64,000 nucleotides of DNA, taken from positions 992,001-1,056,000 of the forward strand of contig OY729427.2 of NCBI GenBank assembly GCA_963422375.2, read 5' to 3'. The notes beneath the pieces were generated by a model. The model ran no database searches. It was not told the DNA's origin and saw only the letters and a program-made list of their open reading frames with translations. The translations under genes and the position numbers were made by a program. The stretch comes from Bryobacterales bacterium. Its GTDB lineage: Bacteria > Acidobacteriota > Terriglobia > Bryobacterales > UBA6623. Positions 53,067-64,000 of this stretch are shown here, piece after piece; position 1 is the stretch's first letter, and every line of letters starts with the position of its first letter.

Positions 53067-54155
53067 ATGCATCGTGCCGCCTCTTGTCGAATCGTCCTCG
53101 CAGCGTGCTGCCTCGTGCTCGGCGCGACGGCCTATCACGCCACGACCGAGGATCTCATGGTGACGACGGCCAAGGCATGGCTCGCGTCGCTGAACGGAAA
53201 CCAGATCACCTCGGCGAAGTACAAGCTGGACAACCCGGACTACGAGACTTGGCACTTCGTCCCCGACAACAACTTCGTGACGGCGCGCGGGTATGGACGC
53301 AACGGCCTCACCTACAGGGACATGAAAGCCGAGCAGCGCTCCCTCGCCGACGCTCTGCTGGGCGCGTCCGTCTCGCGGGCGGGATTTGTCTCGATCAAGA
53401 CGATCATGAGCTTGGAAGAGATCCTGCGCATCCAGGAGAACGACACGGTCGGTCGGCGCGACGTGAACGTCTACCACTTCAGTGTCTTCGGGGAGCCGTC
53501 GATGGAGGGCACCTGGGCGTGGCGGCTTGAAGGCCATCACGTCTCGCTGCACTTCCTGATGCGCGACGGCGAGCTAGTCTCGACTTCGCCGACCTTCCTC
53601 GGAGCCAACCCGCACGAGGTCCGCGAGGGACCGCGCAAGGGCACCCGCCCGCTCGGCGGCCGCGAGGACGCTGCGCGCACGCTGATGAAGTCACTCGACG
53701 CCGATCTGCAAGAGCGGGCGCTCGTGAGCGACACGGCCTACCGGGACATCCTGACCTCGGCTGACACCCGCGCGAAGCTGGAGAGCCAGCCGCAAGGCCT
53801 CGCGGCCTCGCGGCTGAGCGACCAACAGTACGCCATGCTGCTCGCGACGGCCGAACAGTACGCGATTTCCATGCCGGCCAAGCAGGCAGAGAAGCGCCGG
53901 AAAATGGTGAAGGAGACGCCCCGCGACCAGCTTTTCTTCGCATGGGCAGGCTCGGTGGAGCCGGGCGGAGGAGACTATTACCGCATTCAGTCGCCGGAAT
54001 TCCTAATCGAGTACGACAACACGCAGAACCGAAACAACCACAGCCACACCGTATGGCGGGAGTTTGACGGGGACTTCGGACGCGACGTTCTAGCAAGTCA
54101 CTATGAGATGGATGATCACTGGGTTACGAACTCAATGGAATTGGCCGCCAATTGA
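53067..54155 (+). CDS. DUF3500 domain protein
   Basis: Signal peptide, WHFVP, WRLEGHHVSL, PTFLGANP, YYRIQ, EYDNTQ..NHSHTVWR..GDFG. Confidence 0.9.
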   Translation: MHRAASCRIVLAACCLVLGATAYHATTEDLMVTTAKAWLASLNGNQITSAKYKLDNPDYETWHFVPDNNFVTARGYGRNGLTYRDMKAEQRSLADALLGASVSRAGFVSIKTIMSLEEILRIQENDTVGRRDVNVYHFSVFGEPSMEGTWAWRLEGHHVSLHFLMRDGELVSTSPTFLGANPHEVREGPRKGTRPLGGREDAARTLMKSLDADLQERALVSDTAYRDILTSADTRAKLESQPQGLAASRLSDQQYAMLLATAEQYAISMPAKQAEKRRKMVKETPRDQLFFAWAGSVEPGGGDYYRIQSPEFLIEYDNTQNRNNHSHTVWREFDGDFGRDVLASHYEMDDHWVTNSMELAAN

Positions 54156-54471
54156 GTGTGATTCCAAGAATGATTTCCGCATGTCGTTAACGTACCAAGC
54201 AGTTTCACATCCGGGCTCGGAATCTAATTCGGTAGTACAGTTATCGAAAACGCGTTGTCTGAATCGATCTACGTGGTCCGCCAAGACCGTAGGCTTGCCC
54301 CTGCGACACCGGAATGAGAATCAGCTCTCAACGCATTGCGTGGCCTTACGGACCGGATTTGAGGGATTCAAGTCTCGAGGCCTGCCACGCTTTGGGCCAA
54401 GATCCCGAGTGCGACGGTCCGTGCGATAGTTTCGCTCGGTGCGAGCCTGAGAACCGGCCGAGAAGCCAGCC

Positions 54472-55150
54472 ATGAAGCCACCCGAGCGAATCTACCTGCT
54501 CGGAGAGAATGGGCAGATGGTGCTGATCGAAGTACCGCCATCAAGTCGGAGAAATGGATTCAAGGCTTGATTTCGGAGTATCCCGACCTGCTGGCCAAGG
54601 TAGCAGATCAATCCGATTCACCGCGTCAGTTCTTGCTTGCCAGCGACGAGATGGACGTGCGTGACCACAATGCCGTCACTCGCTGGTGGCCGGACCATCT
54701 CCTTGTCGATCAGCACAGAACATCTACGCTTGTAGAGGTCAAGCGCAGTGCTGACACGAGGGTATGTCGCGAAGCTTTCGACCAGAAATGCTTGATCACT
54801 TCTCTCACGTGACCGATCAATGGAAGTCGGAGTATCTTGAAGCGGGGTTCGAGCAGCACTGCGAGGATCGCGAAGGAGACCCAGCGCATGCACTGCACAA
54901 GATTCTTGGCTCGGACACCGATCCGGATGAGCCTTCGGACAGAGTAGCTAGCAACGTACCAAGAGCAAGGATCCGGATGCTTCTTGTCACAGATTCGATA
55001 CCGCCTGAGTTGTGACTCATCGTTGAATTCCTGATTGACGCCATGGACCGTGCCGCAGTTCTTGCGGATTAATTTGAGCAGTTCGTTGGCAGAAAAAGTG
55101 CTACCAGAGTGCTTGTGTCTAGGATTGTTTGTCCAGCGAAGCAGGTGAGA
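54472..55150 (+). pseudogene. Degraded NucS-like / PD-(D/E)XK nuclease
   Basis: IQGLISEYPDLL, DHLLVDQ..TLVEVKRSADTR..RE, MLDH, RIRMLLVTDSIPPEL*; frameshifts. Confidence 0.65.
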
Positions 55151-55178
55151 CAGCAGAGGCTAAGAGCATCACGGTCCG

Positions 55179-55694
55179 ATGGTTATGATAGAGAAATGTC
55201 AGAATGGTATTATTGTTCTCACGTGTTCGAAAGGCGACGACTTAAAGTATCACGATACGGAATTGAGAAGTCTCGTCACATCGGCTAGGAGGACCGATCT
55301 TGAAGTGGAGTTCAAGGATAACTGGAAGAATATGTGCGAAACTCTTTCTCGGGTTCTCCAATTCCTACGAATTCCTCGCTTTCTTTGGATACGAGTATTC
55401 TCAGAGTAGGCGTGTTTCGACATGGCTCCAATGAATGCGCACGCACTGGTCGACTCAGAAGACGCCAGAAATGAACTTCGAGACAAGATTCCAAAGATTG
55501 CAACCTTCAAGAATGACTTGAGCGTGGAAGTGTATCCAATGATTGATCCGGCCGAGATTCTCAAGAGGGAACAGCTCCGCGGGTTCGTTGAGATACCGTC
55601 TTGGGTTGTCGAACAGTGTCGGCAGGACTCTCAAGGATCCGAAGTTGGAGTCTGGGAGCTGACATCGAGGGAGCATCCGTATGTATTCCGATAG
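55179..55694 (+). pseudogene. Low-GC hypothetical protein with in-frame TAG at 55407-55409
   Basis: ORFs 55179-55409 and 55422-55694 lie in the same frame. Confidence 0.45.
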
Positions 55695-56240
55695 ACTCAT
55701 CTTGGACCGGATGCGACTGACGGGTTAGTTTGACTTGGAGTTGATAGACTCTGCAAGTCATCTTTGACGGACGATGATCGGCTCGCTCTGTGCCGGGCAC
55801 CCTACCCGATCCGCGTTGCAAGTCTCGGGCTCTAGACATTCTTGGTCCGGTCTCCGCCAGTGCCAATCCGCTGCGGTGGATCGCTCAACCCTAAGCTGGG
55901 TTGCTCGGGATGACCGGTCGTCACCAACGCGCGGGTCATTTCTGTCGGGACGGCCCGCACTTTCGGTGCGGCGTGCCTCGTTGGCTTTCCAATCGCCCCG
56001 CGCACCGCCTTGACGTGCTAGGTGCGCTCGATACCGGACAATTTGCAACGAGCGCGCAGGTCCGTCACAGACTCTCAGTCGCTCCGTCGGGGACGGCGGG
56101 GGAGATGCCAGCTCCTTCCAGCAGGCACCGAGTGAAGAGTGCGGTTCAAGCGTCTTCCGCAACCACTTCCGCAACCAGTGGTCGGGTGCGCCCCACACAC
56201 GGCAGGCCGAGGATTGCCCGCACGTCGCGAATCTCGCTAA

Positions 56241-57548
<1,308 letters not shown>

Positions 57549-57792
57549 TTCTCGTCGCGCCGACCCCGCTAATCGAACGGTTCTTTTCGCCGCAACAAGG
57601 TCGCGGAAGTCTACCGCCGGATGCTATCCGGGATTCCGAAGTCGAAATTCCATTATTGGAAGCCCGGGCGCGGGGAGTGCGTCAAAAGCCGTTGCCGCCC
57701 AAGGATTTATGCCCTCGATTTCCGCTTGGAATCCGGGTGCCGACTGCAATATATTGAATGTGGGAGTGCGACCGGCTCCGCCGGTCGCCTGC

Positions 57793-60657
57793 ATGGTTCA
57801 GTCTCGCGAAAAAGCGAAGCGGCTAGCGGCCGGGATCCTGGTGACAGGACTGGTCGCGCTCTCGCTCGCCAACTGGGCGGAGCGCGGTCGCTTCGGGGTG
57901 CCGGAGGACGGAGTCATGTGGACCGACTCGGAGGCCGGCGTCGCCGCTGTCCGAGTCGACCCAAACAGCCCGGGCGCGCTGGTGGGGGTGCGTCCGGGCG
58001 ACCTCCTGCTCTCCCTAGGAGGCCAGCCAGTCAGCGAGGCCTCGGACGTGCCGCGTATCCTCGCTGGGATCGGGCCCTGGAGCAGGACAGAGTACCGCGT
58101 GGAGCGGGACGGCCGATCCCGTGCCCTCGCCTTGGTCGTGGCGGAGACTCCAGGGCGCAGCGCGGTAGGAGCCTTCCTGCTCGTGCTGGGCTGGGCCTAC
58201 GCGGGGATCGGCGCCTTGGTCTGGCTACGCCGCCCCGCGAGCCCCACAACGAGTCGCTTCTTCGCCTTCTGCGTGGCATCGCTGGCTGTCTACTCGCTCA
58301 GCTTCACCGGGCAGCTGGACGCCCTCGATCGCCTCGTCTACTGGCTGGACGTCTGGGCGCTGCTGCTCATGCCGCCGCTCTTCCTGGACTTCTGCCTGAG
58401 CTACCCGGCCGGCGACGCGCGTCAGCGCGGACTGGCTCGCCTCGGATACGGCCTCGCGGTCGCCGTCGGCGCGGCTCACCACGCCGCGGCAGGCGGATGG
58501 GTGAGCGGCGGAATCGGTGAACCCGCCTTTCTGCGGTTCTTCGACACCGCGCCGCTCGCGCTGCTCGCGGCGAACTTCGGAGCGGCGGCTGTCGTCGGCC
58601 GGAGGCGCGTAGGGCAGCTAGGCAGCCCCATCCAGCGGCTGCAGTGGAAGTGGCTCTTCTCAGGCACCGTCGCGGCTTTCGTGCCGTTTACAGCTCTTTA
58701 CGTCATTCCGTTCGCAGCGGGGGCGGCGCCCGGCCCTAACCAGGCGTTCTCGGTGCTTTCCCTCGCGGCCCTGCCGGTCTCGATCGCGACGGCGCTATTC
58801 CGCTACAAGCTGCTGGACCTCGAGATCGTCTGGAAGCGCGCCGCCGCGGCGGCGGTGACAGCGGCGGTCCTGCTCGCCGCCGCCTACCCTGCCCTGTTCG
58901 GCGGGGCCGTTCCGGCCCAGTGGATGGAACGGTACGGGCCCCTCGTCTGGCTGGCCTCGCTGACGCTGGCCGCCGCCTCGTGTCGCCCGCTCTACCGGCG
59001 GGTCACGGCCGCCCTCGACCGGCGGACGTACCGAGACCGCTACGAGGACCGGCGAACGCTGGCGGCCTTCGCCGCGGAGCTCGCGACTGACACCGACCTA
59101 GACCGCATGGTAGTGGCGGTCGCCGCACGCCTTGCGCGCACGCTTGACCTGAGTAGGGTCGCAGTGCTCGTCCCGGAAGACTGCGGGGACCCCGGCACAT
59201 GCAAGGCCCGGGTGCTGGCCGGACATGGCATCCCCGACGAGTTGGCAGGCGCCGGCGTCGACATGAGCGCCCTCGTCGGGCAGGCCTCCAAGATCCGAGG
59301 TCCCGAAGAGTTCCCCGGCGGGGACCCGAGGCTCCTGCCGGAGCCGGCCGAGCGGCTCGGCTGTGGGCATTTCGTGGAGTGCCGGCTTCGCGAGCGGAGG
59401 CTGGCATGGATCGGCCTAGGTCCCACCAAGGCAGGCGGCTTCCTCACGAGCGACGACCTTTCCTTGGTGGAAGCGCTGGCGGCCCCGTTCGCCATCGCGC
59501 TGGAAAACGCACGCCTGTACGCCTCCCTGCGCGCCAAGGCCGCGCAATACGAGCGCCTGAAGGACTACAACGAGAACATCGTCGAGTCGCTGTCGGTCGG
59601 CATTCTCGTGCTTGACGAGAAGGATCTCGTCCAGAGCTGGAACACGTACCTTGAACTCGCGCTTCACGTGTCGCGCGACAGCGCGCGCGGACGGAAGCTG
59701 AGCGAACTCCTGCCGGCCTCCTTCGTGGCCGAGATCGAGCGCTGCGCTGGCGAGACCGGTTCAGGCAGCGTCCACAAGTACCGCCTGCGCGGGGCGGACT
59801 TCCCGGAGCGGTTCCGGCCGGGCGATCCGGGCGACACAACGGAGCGCGTGTTCAACGTCGCCGTGGCCCCGCTCGTCGACAGGCAGTTCCGGGAGGTCGG
59901 GAAGCTGCTCATCCTCGACGACGTGACCGAGCGCATCGAACTCGAGGAGCGCGTCGTGCAAGCAGACAAGCTCAGCTCCGTCGGGCTCCTAGCCGCCGGC
60001 GTGGCTCACGAAGTCAACACCCCGCTGGCCGTGATCTCCAGCTACTCGCAGCTGCTGGCATCCCGGTTCTCCCAAGGCAGCACCGAGGCCCGGATGCTAG
60101 GTAAGGTCACCGAGCAGACGTTCCGGGCCAGCGAGATCGTGAACTCTCTGCTCGACTTTTCCCGCACGTCCAGCGCGGAAACGGCACCCTGCGAGATCAA
60201 CCGCACGATCACCGACACCTTGGACCTGATCGCCCCGCAGCTGCGCCAAGCCGACGTGCGGGTCGCGAGCGACCTGTGCGCCCCTACCACCATCCAAGCC
60301 AACAAGGGGAAGTTGCAGCAGGTCTTCCTGAATCTGTTTCTGAACGCACGGGACGCGATGCCGAGCGGGGGTGGGCTGCGGGTCACGAGCCGGACCGTGA
60401 CGGCACCGTCCGGCGAGGACTACGTTGAAGTGCTCGTGGCGGACACCGGCACGGGCATTCCCCCCGAGGCCCAGCGGCAGGTCTTCGATCCTTTCTTCAC
60501 GACCAAGGACTCCCGGCGAGGCACCGGTCTCGGGCTAGCGGTGACCTACGGCATCGTCCGCGAGCATTCCGGTGCTATCTCGCTGGAGAGTGAGCCGGGA
60601 AAGGGAACAACGTTCGCGCTGCAGTTCCCCCTTGCCAACCAGCCGGCGCATGCCTGA
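57793..60657 (+). CDS. Membrane sensor histidine kinase (PDZ, multi-TM, GAF, PAS, HisKA, HATPase)
   Basis: SPG..GVRPGD, AHEVNTPL, NARDAM, DTGTG, FFTTK, GTGLGL; start uncertain. Confidence 0.93.
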   Translation: MVQSREKAKRLAAGILVTGLVALSLANWAERGRFGVPEDGVMWTDSEAGVAAVRVDPNSPGALVGVRPGDLLLSLGGQPVSEASDVPRILAGIGPWSRTEYRVERDGRSRALALVVAETPGRSAVGAFLLVLGWAYAGIGALVWLRRPASPTTSRFFAFCVASLAVYSLSFTGQLDALDRLVYWLDVWALLLMPPLFLDFCLSYPAGDARQRGLARLGYGLAVAVGAAHHAAAGGWVSGGIGEPAFLRFFDTAPLALLAANFGAAAVVGRRRVGQLGSPIQRLQWKWLFSGTVAAFVPFTALYVIPFAAGAAPGPNQAFSVLSLAALPVSIATALFRYKLLDLEIVWKRAAAAAVTAAVLLAAAYPALFGGAVPAQWMERYGPLVWLASLTLAAASCRPLYRRVTAALDRRTYRDRYEDRRTLAAFAAELATDTDLDRMVVAVAARLARTLDLSRVAVLVPEDCGDPGTCKARVLAGHGIPDELAGAGVDMSALVGQASKIRGPEEFPGGDPRLLPEPAERLGCGHFVECRLRERRLAWIGLGPTKAGGFLTSDDLSLVEALAAPFAIALENARLYASLRAKAAQYERLKDYNENIVESLSVGILVLDEKDLVQSWNTYLELALHVSRDSARGRKLSELLPASFVAEIERCAGETGSGSVHKYRLRGADFPERFRPGDPGDTTERVFNVAVAPLVDRQFREVGKLLILDDVTERIELEERVVQADKLSSVGLLAAGVAHEVNTPLAVISSYSQLLASRFSQGSTEARMLGKVTEQTFRASEIVNSLLDFSRTSSAETAPCEINRTITDTLDLIAPQLRQADVRVASDLCAPTTIQANKGKLQQVFLNLFLNARDAMPSGGGLRVTSRTVTAPSGEDYVEVLVADTGTGIPPEAQRQVFDPFFTTKDSRRGTGLGLAVTYGIVREHSGAISLESEPGKGTTFALQFPLANQPAHA

Positions 60658-62092
60658 GGAAGGCGTCGCGCCCCAACTGGCGCACGGCGCCCGCATCCTT
60701 GTTGTAGACGACGAACCCTCCATCGCCGAGGCACTGCAGCTGGTGCTCGAGGGCGACGGTCACCAAGTGGGCACGGCGACGTCGGCTAGCGAGTGCCTCG
60801 AGGCGATCACCCGCAGGCCTTTTGACCTAGTGCTGCTCGACTTGATGCTTCCGGACCGGAACGGCCTCGAGGTGCTGAAGGACATTGGGAGGGTCGACCG
60901 TACGATTCCGGTGGTGATGCTCACCGCGTACGGCTCGATCAACTCGGCCGTCGAGGCAACGAAGCTCGGCGCCGCGAACTTCCTGACCAAGCCTTGGAAC
61001 AATAGCAAGCTTCTGCTCGAAGTGCGGCAGACGCTCGAGCACCGGAGGCTGGCGACCGAGAACGCGCTGCTGCGAGACCAACTCCGCACGCAGGGCCCAT
61101 TGGCGAGCCTGATCGGCAAGTCGGAGGCCATGCTGCAGGTCTTCGTGATGATCCGCCAGGTCGCCCGCACGAACTCTACGGTGCTCATCTCGGGGGAGAG
61201 CGGGACCGGCAAGGAGCTCGTGGCCAAGGCCATTCACAAGGCCTCCTCGCGCGCGGGCAAGCCTTTCGTCACCGTAAACTCCGCCAGAATCCCCGGAGAA
61301 ATGCTCGACTCAAGCCTCTTCGGCCATGTCGAGGGGGCATTCAGCGGAGCGATCCGAGACCGCAGGGGCTGCTTCGAAGTCGCGGACGAAGGCACGATCT
61401 TCCTCGACGAGCTGGGGAACCTCACACCCGAGACCCAGGCCAAGCTACTCGGCGTGATCCAGCACCGCGAATTCGTACCCCTAGGAACGAGCGATCCCGT
61501 GCAGGTCGACGTACGGATCCTAGCGGCGACTAACATCGACCTTGGCCATGCGGTCGGGGAGGGGCGATTCCGACAAGACCTGTACTACCGGTTGAACGTA
61601 ATCGGAATCCGCATGCCCCCGCTTCGCGAGCGGATGGAGGACGTCCCGCTGCTCGTCGAGGAGTTCCTGACGCAGATTTGCCGGCGGGAGAGCAACCACT
61701 TCCTCGACCGCAACCGAAAGTCCACGCTGCGCTTCACTCCGGAGGCCCATCGGATCCTCATGGCCCACAGCTGGCCGGGCAACGTGCGAGAGTTGTGCAA
61801 CGCAGTCGAGCATGCTGTCGTCCTCGCCTCACGGGAGGAACTCGGTCCCGAGGTGCTGCCGCCGACGGTCACGGCGGCCCGCTCGTCGCCCGCTCCGAGC
61901 CCGCCCGCCCGACCGGGCGCGAGCCTGTCGGAGATCGTCGAGGAATTCGAGCGAGGCGTGCTCCTTGCCGAGCTGGAGAAGCACGGCTACAACCAAACCG
62001 AGACGGCCAAGGCACTTCGCGTGGCGCTATCCACGCTGAATCAGAAGATCCAGCGACTGAACATCGAGGTTAAGCGTCGCCGGTCGGTTTAG
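60650..62092 (+). CDS. Sigma-54-dependent response regulator (NtrC family)
   Basis: VVDDE receiver, GESGTGKE, GAFSGA, FLDE, WPGNVREL, Fis-type HTH. Confidence 0.95.
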   Translation: MPEEGVAPQLAHGARILVVDDEPSIAEALQLVLEGDGHQVGTATSASECLEAITRRPFDLVLLDLMLPDRNGLEVLKDIGRVDRTIPVVMLTAYGSINSAVEATKLGAANFLTKPWNNSKLLLEVRQTLEHRRLATENALLRDQLRTQGPLASLIGKSEAMLQVFVMIRQVARTNSTVLISGESGTGKELVAKAIHKASSRAGKPFVTVNSARIPGEMLDSSLFGHVEGAFSGAIRDRRGCFEVADEGTIFLDELGNLTPETQAKLLGVIQHREFVPLGTSDPVQVDVRILAATNIDLGHAVGEGRFRQDLYYRLNVIGIRMPPLRERMEDVPLLVEEFLTQICRRESNHFLDRNRKSTLRFTPEAHRILMAHSWPGNVRELCNAVEHAVVLASREELGPEVLPPTVTAARSSPAPSPPARPGASLSEIVEEFERGVLLAELEKHGYNQTETAKALRVALSTLNQKIQRLNIEVKRRRSV

Positions 62093-62204
62093 AGCCGGCT
62101 TCTTGCATCGACAGGCAAGGCCCACCGTCACGCGGGGCCGCCCGCAAGCTACTCGCCCGACTTCGGCGCGGGTGCCGCAATTCCTGAAGGAAACCTAGCA
62201 TCAC

Positions 62205-63749
62205 CTACCGGTCACGCCACTCCAACAATGCATCCTCCAAGCCATTCGCGAACCTATGAATGGCACTTCCAAGGATATCCATCTCCCATCGTGCCACGAT
62301 TCGGCAGATGTCTCCCGAGCTACGACCTAATGCGGTTCCTAGATTGTGGAGCTTGATCTTCGCTTTTCGCGAAGTCGAGTCCGACGCGGAAGCGTACACT
62401 TGATCCAAGGAATCCATCCTTCTGCGGAGGTCAATCGAATCGATTCCTAGTCCACTGGCTCTTTGACGATGATCCTTGAGCCGTGTCCAAACCCAAGTCT
62501 CCGGGGCGTCTCCCGGAAGAAACAAGACATGCACAGTGCTTCCTGCATTGTCCTTGATCCTTTCGGAAAGATGGCTGTCCCGTTTGTCTCCATCCAATAC
62601 GAAGACAAAACTAGATGCCAGGCCGACTCTTCGAAAGGCCGAGGCGTGGCTTGGGAATTCCTCAGCGCCGGTGTCGCGTGCGACATGGACCGATTCCATG
62701 CTGATGCGGTGTCTATGCAGCAATACATCCAGGACGCCCCGCACAACAGACTCGGCCGTGTCGTCCTCGCACAGGAGCTTCAGGGTTTCGCGGGAGCGTC
62801 CATAGAGCGCTTGCTGAATGACATCTCGATAAGGCTCTTTGACAACTACGTTACCCGAACGGTCACGTTGAAGGAAGATCCGTCCGTGTTTCGGAACGCA
62901 GTTTAACACAACTGGACTGTGTGATGTGACAACAATTTGCAAGTCATTCCTCAATGCAAGGTGATGCAATTCGAGCATCAGCAGTTCTTGAGCCCACGGA
63001 TGGAGCCCCGCTTCAACCTCGTCGATCAACACAAGGGCACCTCTGATCTGAGCGATTTCTTGTGATAGCCGCAACATGGTTCGCTCTCCAGCAGACATAT
63101 GGAGCTCAGAATAGGACGCACCAAGTTCTTGAGTGGCAAAGAGGAGGTGCTTGCTTCTACTCGACAGATCCACGACTTCTGAGTACCGGAATGGCAATAC
63201 TCGCTCTGCAAAGTCAATTTGCCTCGCTGTCATTGGTTGGGTCATCAACGCAGACTTTAGACGCGACATACTGAGGACTCCTCGGACCTCAGCTGGATTA
63301 CTGAGATTGCTAAGGGTACGCAAGTAGACAGGTCTTGATGGCTGACTGGCATTCTTGCGTCCAAGAAAACTACGATTCCATCCCTTCGATCTGCGCCATA
63401 CCATTCCGAACCGCCCCTCAGGAGTTTCATAACTATACTCTATCTTCACCGGGGATCTTTTGTCAATACGATTCCCAGACGTGGGCCGAAAGTCCGGAAA
63501 TATAGTTGAAGGTACGAAATCCCTAACTCCAGCTCCTGGGACCTTATAGGCACATGCCGCAGCAAAGAGGACGGTTGATTTTCCACTCGCATTCTCACCT
63601 GCGATGACGCTGACAGGATACTCCAGCTTCACTCTCAGATGGTTGATTCCGCGAATTCCCGCAAGTTCGATGTCGGTAAGAAAGTGCGGAAAATGCGGCT
63701 TCTTGCCTTGCAAGTTGGCCCATAGACCCTTGAAGCGATCTCCTGTCAT
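62205..63749 (-). CDS. ABC/AAA_21 ATPase fused to a TOPRIM-like domain (OLD-like ATP-dependent nuclease)
   Basis: GENASGKST, MSAGE, LIDEVEAGLHP, TSHS; then LCEDDTAE and VLDGD; GGAGG RBS; lower GC. Confidence 0.8.
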   Translation of the reverse strand: MTGDRFKGLWANLQGKKPHFPHFLTDIELAGIRGINHLRVKLEYPVSVIAGENASGKSTVLFAAACAYKVPGAGVRDFVPSTIFPDFRPTSGNRIDKRSPVKIEYSYETPEGRFGMVWRRSKGWNRSFLGRKNASQPSRPVYLRTLSNLSNPAEVRGVLSMSRLKSALMTQPMTARQIDFAERVLPFRYSEVVDLSSRSKHLLFATQELGASYSELHMSAGERTMLRLSQEIAQIRGALVLIDEVEAGLHPWAQELLMLELHHLALRNDLQIVVTSHSPVVLNCVPKHGRIFLQRDRSGNVVVKEPYRDVIQQALYGRSRETLKLLCEDDTAESVVRGVLDVLLHRHRISMESVHVARDTGAEEFPSHASAFRRVGLASSFVFVLDGDKRDSHLSERIKDNAGSTVHVLFLPGDAPETWVWTRLKDHRQRASGLGIDSIDLRRRMDSLDQVYASASDSTSRKAKIKLHNLGTALGRSSGDICRIVARWEMDILGSAIHRFANGLEDALLEWRDR

Positions 63750-64000
63750 GTCGCCTCCCTTCGATCGTAACTCACGCGATCCCACGGCTGATCGGACGAT
63801 CCACGGTTGTCGACCCGCTTGGGAGCTCCTGGGTCTAGAGGTGTCTGTCGCACACCGGAAGGTTCGCCTTAGCTATCGTCGTCCGTTCGCGGGATGCGAG
63901 CTGACCAGCGAGACTCAGCCTCCTTGTCACTATAGCACTTATAGGCGATTCCGAACTCTTTCTCCCTGACGCCTCGTGCTAGATGCGGGGCTCTCGGTCG

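Noticed and set aside
55407..55409. Amber read-through or stop codon reassignment
   Set aside because: Many intact genes here end in TAG; internal TAGs occur only in genes that look decayed

Overview
High-GC bacterial chromosomal segment. Gene content (Acidobacteria-type TonB receptor, DUF1552/DUF1592 pair, sulfatase, long rpsR N-terminus) suggests Acidobacteriota, possibly a host-associated lineage (inference). Intact core and metabolic genes include apt-ispE-prs-rplY-pth-rpsF-rpsR-rplI-SDR-nadD, a Gld-like ABC module, metY, a PDZ histidine kinase with a sigma-54 regulator, tRNA-Ser(CGA), and several hydrolases and oxidoreductases. These alternate with lower-GC islets of defence-like genes, most of them broken by mobile DNA. 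Four IS1595, one IS30, two ISNCY-like remnants, an IS110 fragment and two MITE-like inserts are present; most can be bounded by inverted repeats and target duplications. The main finding, largely invisible in the ORF track, is a shattered Zorya type II-like locus (about 25.06-29.15 kb). Its zorA-like gene is split by a 255-bp MITE and an IS1595, the presumed zorB is deleted at an IS30, and a zorE-like remnant has two HNH motifs. Also notable: two HATPase_c_4 pseudogenes (one with a visible AlbA_2/Schlafen-like domain), a three-layer nested transposon carrying a candidate IS110 guide-RNA region, a solo SLATT gene and an intact ABC-ATPase-TOPRIM gene. All family assignments come from motif recognition by eye, not database searches.
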